Shown piece after piece: positions 36,899 to 46,688 of a stretch of 64,000 nucleotides of DNA. The stretch is from an uncultured Bacteriovoracaceae bacterium (GTDB taxonomy: Bacteria > Desulfobacterota > Desulfomonilia > UBA1062), in contig CAZUDI010000010.1 in NCBI GenBank assembly GCA_964618975.1, forward strand, positions 4,378 to 68,377, read 5' to 3'. The stretch's first letter is position 1. Every line of letters starts with the position of its first letter. The notes beneath the pieces were generated by a model. It did no database searches. It was given only the letters and a program-made list of their open reading frames with translations, and was not told the DNA's origin. The position numbers and the translations under genes were made by a program.

Positions 36899-37746
36899 CC
36901 GGATTCGGACAGGCGGAAAGTGACGGCTACCGCATCGAGATCAAAGGCCTCAACCATCGTTATCGCGAGCTCAGACTCAAGCTTCCCCGTGAGTTGGGTT
37001 CGCTGGAGATGCTGCTTAGGGAACAGCTCACCGAGCAGATCAAACGCGGCAAGGTGGAGGTCGTCATCACCCGGAGTTCCCCGGCCGGCCAGGAAGGTGC
37101 CTTTGCCGTCAACTGGCCGCAGGCGAGGGCCTGTGAGCACGAGCTGCGGGCCATGGCCGCGGAGTTCGGCGGAGAGGTGAGCTTTCGGGAAATCCTCTGG
37201 ATCCCCGGGGTGATCCAGGAAACTCCCGGCGATGCACAGTCCGAACTGGCCAGGATCCAGACCTGTCTGCAACAGGCCATGCAGGACTTCAACGCCTCCA
37301 AGGAACGCGAGGGCGCGCGCCTTAAGACCGACATGGTCGGACGCATACAACAACTGCTCGCCCTGCAGGAGGCCATGCAGCGAGAGGCCGAACATGTCCC
37401 CCAAGTGTACCGCGAGAAGCTCGCTACTCGACTGAATGTCCTCCTAGCGGGACATGGCCAGGACATCGACGAGATGCGGCTGGCCCAGGAGGTGGCGATC
37501 CTGGCCGACAAGGCGGATATCACCGAGGAACTCGTCCGTCTCAAGAGCCATCTCTCCGGCTTCATCGAGGTGCTCTCCCAGACCAAGGAGCCCGTGGGCC
37601 GACGCCTCGATTTCATCCTTCAGGAAATCAACCGTGAGATCAATACAATCGGTTCCAAATCTCAGCTCGCGCCCCTCAGTCACCTGGTCATCGATGCCAA
37701 GACCGAGGCGGAAAAAATCCGCGAGCAGGTTCAGAATATCGAATAA
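36883..37746 (+). CDS. yicC: YicC/YloC-family stress-induced protein (endoribonuclease YicC)
   Basis: MTGFG N-terminus and a C-terminal YicC domain. 287 aa. Confidence 0.85.
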   Translation: MPRSMTGFGQAESDGYRIEIKGLNHRYRELRLKLPRELGSLEMLLREQLTEQIKRGKVEVVITRSSPAGQEGAFAVNWPQARACEHELRAMAAEFGGEVSFREILWIPGVIQETPGDAQSELARIQTCLQQAMQDFNASKEREGARLKTDMVGRIQQLLALQEAMQREAEHVPQVYREKLATRLNVLLAGHGQDIDEMRLAQEVAILADKADITEELVRLKSHLSGFIEVLSQTKEPVGRRLDFILQEINREINTIGSKSQLAPLSHLVIDAKTEAEKIREQVQNIE

Positions 37747-37776
37747 TTTTTTTCAAGAGGAGAAAGGAGCGCTATC

Positions 37777-38058
37777 ATGGGCCAGAACGACTACAAGCTG
37801 CTGAACATCGGATTCAATAATGGCGTGGTTGCCGCGCGCATAGTCGCCATCGTCAACCCTTCATCCTCCCCCATGAAACGCTTTCGCGAGGAAGCCCGTC
37901 AGCGCGGGCAGCTGATCGATGCCACCCAGGGGAGAAAAACCCGCTCCATCATCATCACCGACAGCTCGCACGTCATCCTGAGCGCCATCCAGGCCGAAAC
38001 CATTGCCAACCGCCTGCTGGACGGCGGCTCCAAGGATGGAGACAAGGAGAAGGCTTGA
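37777..38058 (+). CDS. remA: RemA/YlzA (DUF370) family protein
   Basis: [72 protein letters not shown] matches RemA. The yicC-remA-gmk order is as in Bacillus. Confidence 0.85.
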   Translation: MGQNDYKLLNIGFNNGVVAARIVAIVNPSSSPMKRFREEARQRGQLIDATQGRKTRSIIITDSSHVILSAIQAETIANRLLDGGSKDGDKEKA

Positions 38059-38651
38059 GGCTGCTTCTATCCGGCCCCTCCGGGGTCGGCAAATCTACCC
38101 TCATCAAGGAACTTCTCGCGCGGCAGGAGGATCTGGTCCTGTCCGTCTCCGCTACCACCCGTCCCCCGCGCCCGGGGGAACGCGAAGGCATCGACTACCA
38201 CTTCGTGAGCCGCGAGATCTTCGAGGAGATGCTTGCCCAGGATGCCTTTCTGGAGTGGGCCCGCGTTCACGACCACCTCTACGGCACCCCGCTGGCATGG
38301 ATCAGTGCGCAGGAGCGCGCCGGCAGGAATATCCTCTTCGACATCGACGTTCAGGGCGTGGCCCAGGCCCAAGAAAAACACTTCCAGGGCTGCTATGTCT
38401 TCATCGTGCCCCCCGATCTTGAGGAGCTCGAGAGGCGACTGAACCGGCGGGGGACCGAGGACACGGGGGCCCTCTCCCGGCGTCTGGCCAATGCCAGGCT
38501 GGAGCTCGCACGCTGGAGGATGTATGACTACGTGGTCATCAACCGGGATATCCCCCAGGCGCTGAAGGATATCGAGACAATCATGCGCGCCTACCGTCTC
38601 TCCACCCCCTTCGCACAGGAGCGTCTTCCATGGCTTTCAATGATAGAGTGA
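38055..38651 (+). CDS. gmk: guanylate kinase
   Basis: TTG start with an [20 protein letters not shown]-loop and the Gmk fold. Confidence 0.9.
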   Translation: MRLLLSGPSGVGKSTLIKELLARQEDLVLSVSATTRPPRPGEREGIDYHFVSREIFEEMLAQDAFLEWARVHDHLYGTPLAWISAQERAGRNILFDIDVQGVAQAQEKHFQGCYVFIVPPDLEELERRLNRRGTEDTGALSRRLANARLELARWRMYDYVVINRDIPQALKDIETIMRAYRLSTPFAQERLPWLSMIE

Positions 38652-39361
38652 TCTTCGCCCTCGACGTGGGCAATGCCCGGGCAGCCCGGGATTGGGTAAG
38701 CCGGCTAGAATTCGAGGTGGGCTATTTCAAGGTAGGCCTCGAGCTCTTCACGGCCGAAGGCCCGCCCATGGTAGCCATGCTCAGGGATGCCGGCAGGCGG
38801 TGTTTCCTCGACCTGAAGTTCCATGATATTCCCAACACCGTGCGCGGGGCGGTGCAATCGGCCACTCGACTCGGCGCCGAGATCATGACCGTGCACCTCT
38901 CCGGAGGCATGGCCATGCTGCGGGCAGCCAAGGAGGCCTCGCTGGCCGAGGCCCATGCGCTCAGGATTGCCGCCCCCAAAATCGTCGGAGTCAGTGTGCT
39001 GACCTCACTGGCGGACGAAGACCTGCCGTCGCTGGGCATTGACGGCACCGTATCCGAACAGATCCTGCGCCTAGCCGACCTGGCCCGCGCCAGCGGCATC
39101 GACGGCATGGTCTGCTCGCCGGCCGATCTGAGTGTCCTCAGAAAGGCCGTGCCGCCGGACTTCCTACTCATCACCCCCGGGGTCAGACCGTCTGGGACGG
39201 GCAGGGGCGATCAGGCGCGCGTGGCCACACCCGGAGAAGCCATCGCTCTAGGCGCCGACCTGCTGGTCATCGGACGCCCCATCTCGCAGGCCGCCGATCC
39301 TGTCCTGGCGGTGAGGCATATCGTGCAGGAGATGGAGGCGTGCCACGGCAGCCGGCGCTGA
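38630..39361 (+). CDS. pyrF: orotidine-5'-phosphate decarboxylase
   Basis: IFALDV...DLKFHDIPNTV catalytic motifs. Confidence 0.9.
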   Translation: MAFNDRVIFALDVGNARAARDWVSRLEFEVGYFKVGLELFTAEGPPMVAMLRDAGRRCFLDLKFHDIPNTVRGAVQSATRLGAEIMTVHLSGGMAMLRAAKEASLAEAHALRIAAPKIVGVSVLTSLADEDLPSLGIDGTVSEQILRLADLARASGIDGMVCSPADLSVLRKAVPPDFLLITPGVRPSGTGRGDQARVATPGEAIALGADLLVIGRPISQAADPVLAVRHIVQEMEACHGSRR

Positions 39362-39480
39362 AGGTCCGCCCTGCGGGCCATCGTGGTCATATGGATCGAT
39401 TGGAACCTTGCATTTTGCCCCGGGCTTGAGTAAAAAGTGGCAGTCACCCTGATGACATATGATAAAGGATTACGTCTTTC

Positions 39481-40374
39481 ATGCTGGTACCAAACATTCT
39501 GAGCCAGAGAAGCATCACCTTCAGTTTTGAGTTCTTCCCGCCCAAGACCGAAGGCACCTGGGAGCGGCTCTTTCTGACTATCGCGGATCTCATGCCGCTC
39601 AAGCCCTCGTGGGTGAGCGTGACCTATGGGGCGGGCGGCTCCACTCGTGACCGCACCCATGACCTCGTGGTGCGCATCAAACGCGAGACCGACCTCACGG
39701 TGGTCTCGCACCTCACGTGCGTGGGCTCGTGCCGGGACGAGATTACGGGCATCCTCGATCGCTACGACGGGGCCGGGGTCCACAACATCCTGGCCCTCAA
39801 GGGCGACCCGCCCCAGGATGCGACGGACTGGAACCCCACTGGTGACGACTTCACCCATGCCGCCGACCTGGTAGGCTTTATCAAGAGGCACTTCCCCCAC
39901 ATGAGCGTGGGGGTGGCGGGATTCTGTGAGGGTCACCCGGCGACCCCCAATCGCATCCGCGAGATCGAGCATCTCAAGGCCAAGGTCGATGCCGGGGCCG
40001 ACTACATCATCACCCAGCTCTTCTTCGACAACCGCGATTTCTACGACTTCCGCGAGCGCTGCGAACTGGCGGGCATCCACGTGCCCATCATCGCGGGCAT
40101 CATGCCCGTCATCAGCCGTTCCGGCATGTACCGCATGGCCGAGCTCGCCGCCGGAGCCCGAGTGCCGGCGCGCCTGCTCAAGGCCATCTCGCGCGCCCAG
40201 ACCGACGAGTACGTGGAGAAGATCGGCATCCACTGGGCCACCGAGCAGGTGCGCGATCTCATCGACAATAACGTGCGCGGGGTGCATTTCTATACCCTGA
40301 ACAACTCCCGCGCCACCCTGAGCATCTACGAGTCGCTCGGGGTGCGCGATTCGCTCCAGCTCTCCGAGCCCTGA
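39481..40374 (+). CDS. metF: 5,10-methylenetetrahydrofolate reductase
   Basis: FSFEFFPPKT and THLTCVG MetF signatures. 297 aa. Confidence 0.9.
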   Translation: MLVPNILSQRSITFSFEFFPPKTEGTWERLFLTIADLMPLKPSWVSVTYGAGGSTRDRTHDLVVRIKRETDLTVVSHLTCVGSCRDEITGILDRYDGAGVHNILALKGDPPQDATDWNPTGDDFTHAADLVGFIKRHFPHMSVGVAGFCEGHPATPNRIREIEHLKAKVDAGADYIITQLFFDNRDFYDFRERCELAGIHVPIIAGIMPVISRSGMYRMAELAAGARVPARLLKAISRAQTDEYVEKIGIHWATEQVRDLIDNNVRGVHFYTLNNSRATLSIYESLGVRDSLQLSEP

Positions 40375-41366
40375 TGCACGCCTTGACGCCCCCGCCCCGG
40401 GTGAAGCGCCTTCCCGGAAGAAAGCCACGCGTCGCCGCACTCGCGGCCGTCCTCCTTGTGGTATGGTACGGCTTTGCCCCGGCCGGAACACAAACCGGCC
40501 TGGTGCAAGCAACCCTGACCCATGACGGCCTCGAGCGCACCTATGCCTACTACTGTCCGGCCGAACTGCCGCAGAAGGCCCCGCTCGTCTTCGTTCTCCA
40601 TGGTTCATATGGCTCGGGACGTTCCATCCGCAGGACCCTGCAGGGCCGCCTCGAGCAACTGGCCGACCAGGAAGGCTTCGTGGTCGTTTATCCCGACGGC
40701 TATCGGAAGCACTGGAATGGGTGCCGGACGACCCCTAAGGATGCGGCACACAAAATGAACGTGGACGATGAGGGTTTTTTATGCGCCCTCATCGATACCC
40801 TGGTCCGCAAACACGACATCGACCGCACCCGCGTCTATGCTGTAGGGTTCTCCAACGGGGGTCATCTGTGTTTTCGTCTGGCCCATGAGGCCCCCCTGCA
40901 TTTTGCGGCCCTGGCCACAGTGGCTGCCCAGCTCCCCGCCCCGCACAATTCTGCCTGCCGAAAGCCCCCCGGGGCCGTGCCGTTCCTGTTCATCAACGGC
41001 ACGCATGATCCCATCAGTCCCTTCGAAGGTGGGCAGGTACGCCTCTTGGGTCTCTGGAGTAAAGGGCACGTGCTCTCCGCCTGGGCCAGCGCTACCGAGC
41101 TCGCCAAGGCCAACGGCCAGCAGGGGGAGCCTTGCCGGATAGATTTACCGGACATGTCCACCCGGGACAGGTCCCGGGTGGAGTTGATCAGCTGGGACAA
41201 GGATGTGCACCTGTACGTAGTGCACGGCGGAGGGCATACCCTGCCCGGAGCGCGGCAGTATCTCCCGGCCCTGCTCGTAGGCAGGACGAACCGGGATATA
41301 TGTACAGCGGATGTGATCTGGAACTTCTTCAAACAACACCATGCACGGCCGGATACGGCGCCATGA
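40374..41366 (+). CDS. secreted alpha/beta-hydrolase esterase (PHB-depolymerase/LpqC-like family)
   Basis: Signal peptide, GFSNGG nucleophile elbow and a YPDGY motif. Confidence 0.7.
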   Translation: MHALTPPPRVKRLPGRKPRVAALAAVLLVVWYGFAPAGTQTGLVQATLTHDGLERTYAYYCPAELPQKAPLVFVLHGSYGSGRSIRRTLQGRLEQLADQEGFVVVYPDGYRKHWNGCRTTPKDAAHKMNVDDEGFLCALIDTLVRKHDIDRTRVYAVGFSNGGHLCFRLAHEAPLHFAALATVAAQLPAPHNSACRKPPGAVPFLFINGTHDPISPFEGGQVRLLGLWSKGHVLSAWASATELAKANGQQGEPCRIDLPDMSTRDRSRVELISWDKDVHLYVVHGGGHTLPGARQYLPALLVGRTNRDICTADVIWNFFKQHHARPDTAP

Positions 41367-41791
41367 TCCGCATTACCGACACGATCGGCCTTGACGAGAG
41401 GGAGGTGGTCGAGGAGTTCATCCGTGCCTCGGGTCCGGGCGGACAGAATGTCAACAAGGTGTCCTCAGCCGTGCAGTTGCGCTTCGACCTTGGCCACTCG
41501 AGCTGCCTGCCGGAGGAGGTGCGCACGCGAGTGATGCAGCTCGCCGGCAGACGTCTGACACGGGAGGGGCACCTCATCATCACAGCCCGCCGCTTCCGCA
41601 CCCAGCACCGCAACCGGCTCGACGCCTGGCAACGTCTCATCGCGCTCATCCGTGAGGGGACCTCCCCGCCCCGGGAGCGCCGCAGGACGCGCCCGAGCCG
41701 GGCGGCGCTGTCACGCCGGCGTGAGGAAAGGTGCAAGCAGTCCTTGCGCAAGGCGCGGCGCGCCCCAGTGGGATCACGGGACCGTGACTGA
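41363..41791 (+). CDS. arfB: alternative ribosome-rescue factor ArfB (peptidyl-tRNA hydrolase, GGQ class)
   Basis: Start at ATG 41363 overlapping the upstream stop (ATGA). SGPGGQNVNKV GGQ motif and a basic C-terminal tail. Confidence 0.85.
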   Translation: MIRITDTIGLDEREVVEEFIRASGPGGQNVNKVSSAVQLRFDLGHSSCLPEEVRTRVMQLAGRRLTREGHLIITARRFRTQHRNRLDAWQRLIALIREGTSPPRERRRTRPSRAALSRRREERCKQSLRKARRAPVGSRDRD

Positions 41792-41847
41792 AGGGGCCAG
41801 CCCCCTAAACTCTGCGCGCCGAGAAACCGAAGAGCTATGCTATGCAT

Positions 41848-41873
41848 CGTGGATGCGTCCAGACGCATCCACG
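41848..41873. terminator. perfect palindrome between arfB and the DHH gene
   Basis: cgtggatgcgtc-cag-acgcatccacg. Confidence 0.4.
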
Positions 41874-41898
41874 CGAAAGACAATGCAAGGAGTATGCT

Positions 41899-42819
41899 AT
41901 GAGACTTCTCACCCGTTCGGATTTCGACGGACTCGGCTGTGCTGTTCTGCTCAATGAGGTTGGTATCATCGACGAGATCAAGTTCGTGCACCCCAAGGAC
42001 GTGCAGGACGGCATGGTCGAGGTGACCGCCGACGATCTGCTGGCCAACATCCCTTATGTCCCCGGCTGCGGCCTGTGGTTTGACCATCACTCCAGCGAGG
42101 CCGAGCGCAGGGCCTTCGGCGCCTTTGCCGGGGCGAGTGACCCCGCGGCTCCATCTGCAGCCCGCGTGGTGTATGACTACTACAACGACGGGAAGCGTTT
42201 CCGGGACAAGCACTTTGAGGAGCTCGTTGCAGCGGTGGACAAGGCCGATTCGGCCGCTTTCACGGCCGACGAGATCCAGAACCCCACAGGGTGGGTGCTG
42301 CTCTCCTTTATCATGGATCCGAGAACCGGTCTGGGACGCTATCACGACTACCGCATCAGCAACTATCAGCTCATGATGGACATGATTGGATATTGTCGCA
42401 CCAGGCATATAGATGAGATCCTCGCCCAGGAGGACGTGCAGGAACGCGTGCAGCGCTACTTCGAGCAGGATCGGCTCTTCCGGGAGATGGTCACGGCCCA
42501 CACAACCATCCGCGGCAACGTCATCGTGCTGGACCTGAGGGACCAGGAAGAGATCTTCACGGGTAACCGCTTCCTGCTCTACAGCCTTTATCCCGCACAG
42601 AACATCTCCATCCAGGTGATCTGGGGTCTTAGACGGCAGAACGTCGTCATGACCTGCGGCCACAGCATCATCAACAAGACCTCCAAGACCGATGTGGGCT
42701 CCCTCATGCTGCGCTACGGCGGTGGCGGACATCACCGGGTGGGTACCTGCCAGGTTCCCACCCCTAAGGCGGATACCATACTGGAAGAACTCGTCTGCCA
42801 CATGAATGCGGACGGCTGA
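41899..42819 (+). CDS. DHH-family phosphoesterase (NrnA-like)
   Basis: Start at ATG 41899 with an AAGGAG RBS. DHH motif (DFDGLGCAVLL, GLWFDHH) and a DHHA1-like GGGGHHRVG. Confidence 0.7.
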   Translation: MRLLTRSDFDGLGCAVLLNEVGIIDEIKFVHPKDVQDGMVEVTADDLLANIPYVPGCGLWFDHHSSEAERRAFGAFAGASDPAAPSAARVVYDYYNDGKRFRDKHFEELVAAVDKADSAAFTADEIQNPTGWVLLSFIMDPRTGLGRYHDYRISNYQLMMDMIGYCRTRHIDEILAQEDVQERVQRYFEQDRLFREMVTAHTTIRGNVIVLDLRDQEEIFTGNRFLLYSLYPAQNISIQVIWGLRRQNVVMTCGHSIINKTSKTDVGSLMLRYGGGGHHRVGTCQVPTPKADTILEELVCHMNADG

Positions 42820-43017
42820 GCTTATAGACGTGGCCCATCCAGGAAAACCGCACAAGGAGATGCAATATTTCCCGTTGATATTCTCCGGGTCTTTCCTGTA
42901 AGAGGGGTGCTTGGCGCAAGCATGACGGGGTACGCCCCATATCCCTTATGAAACCATACGTGGCGGGGAAGGCGCCCCATAGCGGATGCGTGAGTAATAT
43001 CGAGGTAACATGAGAGA

Positions 43018-44082
43018 ATGAATACGAAACTGTCACCATCAATGTTCATCGGGATCCAGGGCGACGATATCATCTCCTTCGGTTCTGGGCAACCCGACCT
43101 GCCCCCCCCGAGCGCCGTCTACAAGATCCTGCCCGACTACAACAAGTTCAAATACGGGCTCGTCCAGGGACAGTCCAACCTGAGAGAGGCCCTGGCCCAG
43201 CAGTACCCCTACTCCACCGCGGACAGCTTTGTCATCACCAACGGTGCCTCCGAGGCGTTGGACCTTGTGCTGCGGGTGATCGCCCAAAACGGTTCCGGCA
43301 AGAAGAACAAGGTGCTCCTGACCCGCCCGTACTACTACTCCTATCTGCCCATGGTGCAGATGGCCGGCATGGAACCGGTCTTCACGGATCAGGTGGAAGG
43401 CCGGATCGACTTCGACGACTTCGCACAGAAGGTCCCCGAATGCAAGGCGGTCATCATCAACTCGCCCTCCAACCCCACGGGTCGGGTGGAGTCGGTGGAT
43501 ACGCTCAAGCGGATCGAGAGTCTCACGAGCGAGTTGGGGGTCTACGTGCTCTCGGACGAGGTCTACAAGGACCTCATCTATGTGCGCGAGAACTACCTGA
43601 TCAAGGGACCGCACGTGGTCACCATCAACTCCTTCTCCAAGACCTACGCCATGTGCGGCTTCCGCGTTGGCTATCTCTGGTCGCTGGATCAGGACCTGGT
43701 GGAGCGGGTCATCGAGGCCAAATCGCACACCTCCATGAACACGAACATCCTCGGACAGGAAATGGCCTTTGAGGCCACCAAGGTCCCGGAGAGCTTCATC
43801 AGCAACCAGCTCGAGATCTGGGAAAGCCGGCGTGACCTCATCTTTGAGGGCCTCAGATCGCTGGGCTTCGATCTCTGGAAACCCGAGGGAGCCTTCTACG
43901 TGCTGCCCAGGGTCAAAAACCCTGAAGACTTTGTCAGCACCATGTTTTACAAGTACAAGGTCATAACGTATCTGGGGGAATGGTTCGGGGCTCCCGAACG
44001 GGTCAGATTCTCCTATGCCCTGGATGTGGACAAGATCGAGGAGGGGCTCAGGAGAATCGAGCAGTATCTGCAGGAGGCCTGA
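43018..44082 (+). CDS. class I/II PLP-dependent aminotransferase
   Basis: NSPSNPTG and SFSKTYAMCGFRVGY (PLP-lysine region). Confidence 0.85.
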   Translation: MNTKLSPSMFIGIQGDDIISFGSGQPDLPPPSAVYKILPDYNKFKYGLVQGQSNLREALAQQYPYSTADSFVITNGASEALDLVLRVIAQNGSGKKNKVLLTRPYYYSYLPMVQMAGMEPVFTDQVEGRIDFDDFAQKVPECKAVIINSPSNPTGRVESVDTLKRIESLTSELGVYVLSDEVYKDLIYVRENYLIKGPHVVTINSFSKTYAMCGFRVGYLWSLDQDLVERVIEAKSHTSMNTNILGQEMAFEATKVPESFISNQLEIWESRRDLIFEGLRSLGFDLWKPEGAFYVLPRVKNPEDFVSTMFYKYKVITYLGEWFGAPERVRFSYALDVDKIEEGLRRIEQYLQEA

Positions 44083-44098
44083 CAGGCCAGGAGAGGCG

Positions 44099-44812
44099 AT
44101 GAAGGACAACAGGACCACACCGCCTGAGGATGGCTGCTTCTTTTCCGACAGCGACCTGACGGTTGCCGAACAGATCCATCTGTGCACCAACCTCATCCAG
44201 AACTGCGCCGTGGCCATCTTCGCCATCGACATGCATCATCTGGTGATCCACTGGAACAAGGCCTGCGAGGAGCTAACCGGCATTCCGGCATCCGACATGC
44301 TGGGAAGCAGCAACCACTGGAAGCCCTTCTACCGGCACAAACGCCGCTGTCTCTCGGACATCGTCATCGATCATGAGCGCAGCGCGAACGAGACCTACAG
44401 CGTCTACGGCCCCTCGGTGCTGATCCCCGGCGGCCTGCACGCCGAAGGCTGGTATGCCGACCTCGGCGGACACGACCGCTACATCATCTATGACGCCGCC
44501 CCCCTCCTGGACAACACCGGCAGGATACTCGGCGCCGTGGAATCCCTGCAGGACATCACCACGCTCAAGCGCATGGAAGAGGAGCGTACGCGCCTGTATA
44601 CCGAACTCAAAGAGGCCACCAACAAGATCAAGACGCTCAAGGGCCTCATTCCCATCTGCGCGGCCTGCAAGAAGATCCGGGACGATACGGGTTACTGGAA
44701 CCAGCTCGAGTCCTACCTTGAGCTGCACTCCGAGGCCGAGTTCAGCCATGGCCTGTGCCCGGAGTGCAAAAGGCGGCTCTTCCCCCCGGATTCCACCAAC
44801 GACCCGGACTGA
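44099..44812 (+). CDS. PAS-domain protein with Cys-rich C-terminal module
   Basis: Start at ATG 44099 with an AGGAGAGG RBS. PAS fold, a coiled-coil linker, then a conserved tail (IPICAACKKIRDDTGYWNQLESYLELHSEAEFSHGLCPEC). Confidence 0.75.
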   Translation: MKDNRTTPPEDGCFFSDSDLTVAEQIHLCTNLIQNCAVAIFAIDMHHLVIHWNKACEELTGIPASDMLGSSNHWKPFYRHKRRCLSDIVIDHERSANETYSVYGPSVLIPGGLHAEGWYADLGGHDRYIIYDAAPLLDNTGRILGAVESLQDITTLKRMEEERTRLYTELKEATNKIKTLKGLIPICAACKKIRDDTGYWNQLESYLELHSEAEFSHGLCPECKRRLFPPDSTNDPD

Positions 44813-45016
44813 GGCGCTGCCACGCGGCAGGACCTCAGTCCGACCGCAAGCAGGCAGGAACCTCCATCAAGCCCTGACCTCCTCTTCCATTCAACATACA
44901 GCCGGAAAGGCACCCCCCCTGCGGGCCCCATCAGATACGCCTTGTCACAGCTCAGAAGCGCTCCTTGCGACCCTCAAACGGGAATATCCTTCAAAATCAT
45001 TGTCCTGTATCTCGGG

Positions 45017-45113
45017 CAATGGTATGAGGAAGCAGGGGCATGGCGCCCAGGGCACACCCTGGCCCCCCGTTGACGAGCAAGCGGTAAGGGAATGGACCCC
45101 TAGCGATTAAGGG
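45017..45113 (+). repeat. degenerate copy of the dispersed repeat family, ending 10 nt before the nnr start codon
   Basis: caatggtatgagga...cgttgacgagcaagcgg...gggaatggacccctagcgattaaggg. The Y module runs into the GGGAGG RBS of nnr. Confidence 0.6.
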
Positions 45114-45122
45114 AGGTGGCAC

Positions 45123-46688
45123 ATGCAGGTGAGCACGGTCGCGGAAATGCGGGCCATGGACCGCTCGGCCAGCGAGGACTACGGGATTCCCGCACAACTG
45201 CTCATGGAAAACGCCGGACTGGCCTCGTTTATGGCGATCAGCCGACAAATGTCCGTTGCCGGCAGGAGCTTCCTCGTCTTATGCGGCCCGGGCAACAATG
45301 GCGGCGACGGCTTTGTCGTGGCACGCAAACTACACGCGGCCAAAGGCCACGTCAGGGTCCTGATCCTGGGCGAACCTCAGCGCTACCAGGGGGCCGCCCG
45401 GCTGAACTATGAGATCATCACCCGGCTGGGCCTCGAGATCAAACCGCAACCGGAAACGAGTGACCTGCGGCAGGCGCTTATGGACTGCGATGCGGTGGTC
45501 GACGCACTGCTGGGTACCGGACTGACCCGGGAGGTAAGCGGTTCCTTCAGGGAGGCTATCGACGGCATCAATACCTGCGGCAAACCCGTCTTCAGCCTCG
45601 ATATCCCTTCGGGAATCAACGGCGACACCGGTCAGGTCATGGGGGCCGCCGTGAGGGCCGAGATCACCGTCACCTTCGGGCTGCCCAAGCTCGGCAACCT
45701 GCTCTTGCCGGGCTTCGACCACTGCGGCCGGCTGATAGTGACCCGCATCTCCTTTCCGCCCGCACTGCCTGTACCCGGGAAGCTCCTGGTGGAGCTCAAT
45801 CGACCATCGGCCCTGCCACCGCGCAATCCCACAGGCCACAAGGGGACCTTCGGCGACCTGCTCTGTATCGCCGGGGCCAAGGGCTACTACGGGGCCCCGG
45901 CCTTCGCGGCACTATCCTTCCTGAAGGCCGGCGGCGGCTACGCGCGCCTGGCCGCGCCTGCGGGCATGCTCCCACACCTGGCCCCGCTTGCCAGCGAGGT
46001 CGTTTTCCTGCCTCAGCCGGAAACCGCCTCCGGCAGCCTGGCACGCTCCAGCCTGGAGGCACTGCTCGAGCTCGCGCAACGGGTGGACATGGTGGTGCTG
46101 GGGCCGGGCCTGTCCCTAAATGAGGAGACCGTCTCCCTGGTGCGCGAGCTGGCCGGACGCCTCCCCAGGCCTCTCATCATCGACGGGGACGGACTCACCG
46201 CCCTGGCGACCTCTCCCGAGGTCATCCGCGCGCGGGAGGCGCCGACCGTTCTGACCCCCCACCTGGGCGAGATGGCGCGTCTGACAGGGAGACCCGCCGC
46301 GGCGATCGAACAGGACCGGGTTGCCATATTGCAATCCAGTGCCCACGATCTCAAGTGTCACATCGTGCTCAAGGGTGCCCACTCGCTCATCGCCTGCCCT
46401 AACCGGCGCGTCTGCATCAACCTCAGCGGCAACCCGGGCATGGCCACGGCCGGCGCGGGCGACGTGCTTACCGGGACCATCGCCGCCATGTACGGACTGG
46501 GCCTGCCCTTCGAGGAGGCCGTCAAGAAGGGCGTCTTCATGCACGGGGCTGCCGGCGACCTGGCCGCCGAAGAGAAGGGTCAAGACGGCGTCATCGCCGG
46601 GGATATCCTAGCGGCGCTGCCCCGCGCGCTTCACCAGGAGCGGCAGGGGCTCCTTGATAAGCGCTATGCCATCGAGGAGATCCTTTAG
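45123..46688 (+). CDS. nnr: bifunctional NAD(P)H-hydrate repair enzyme (epimerase + ADP-dependent dehydratase)
   Basis: YjeF-N domain (LVLCGPGNNGGDG) plus YjeF-C carbohydrate-kinase domain (GAGDVLTG). 521 aa. Confidence 0.9.
   Translation: MQVSTVAEMRAMDRSASEDYGIPAQLLMENAGLASFMAISRQMSVAGRSFLVLCGPGNNGGDGFVVARKLHAAKGHVRVLILGEPQRYQGAARLNYEIITRLGLEIKPQPETSDLRQALMDCDAVVDALLGTGLTREVSGSFREAIDGINTCGKPVFSLDIPSGINGDTGQVMGAAVRAEITVTFGLPKLGNLLLPGFDHCGRLIVTRISFPPALPVPGKLLVELNRPSALPPRNPTGHKGTFGDLLCIAGAKGYYGAPAFAALSFLKAGGGYARLAAPAGMLPHLAPLASEVVFLPQPETASGSLARSSLEALLELAQRVDMVVLGPGLSLNEETVSLVRELAGRLPRPLIIDGDGLTALATSPEVIRAREAPTVLTPHLGEMARLTGRPAAAIEQDRVAILQSSAHDLKCHIVLKGAHSLIACPNRRVCINLSGNPGMATAGAGDVLTGTIAAMYGLGLPFEEAVKKGVFMHGAAGDLAAEEKGQDGVIAGDILAALPRALHQERQGLLDKRYAIEEIL

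Noticed and set aside
43039-44232. 397-aa minus-strand ORF antisense to the class I/II aminotransferase
   Set aside because: Antisense artefact. The sense strand carries the PLP-lysine motif SFSKTYAMCGFRVGY.
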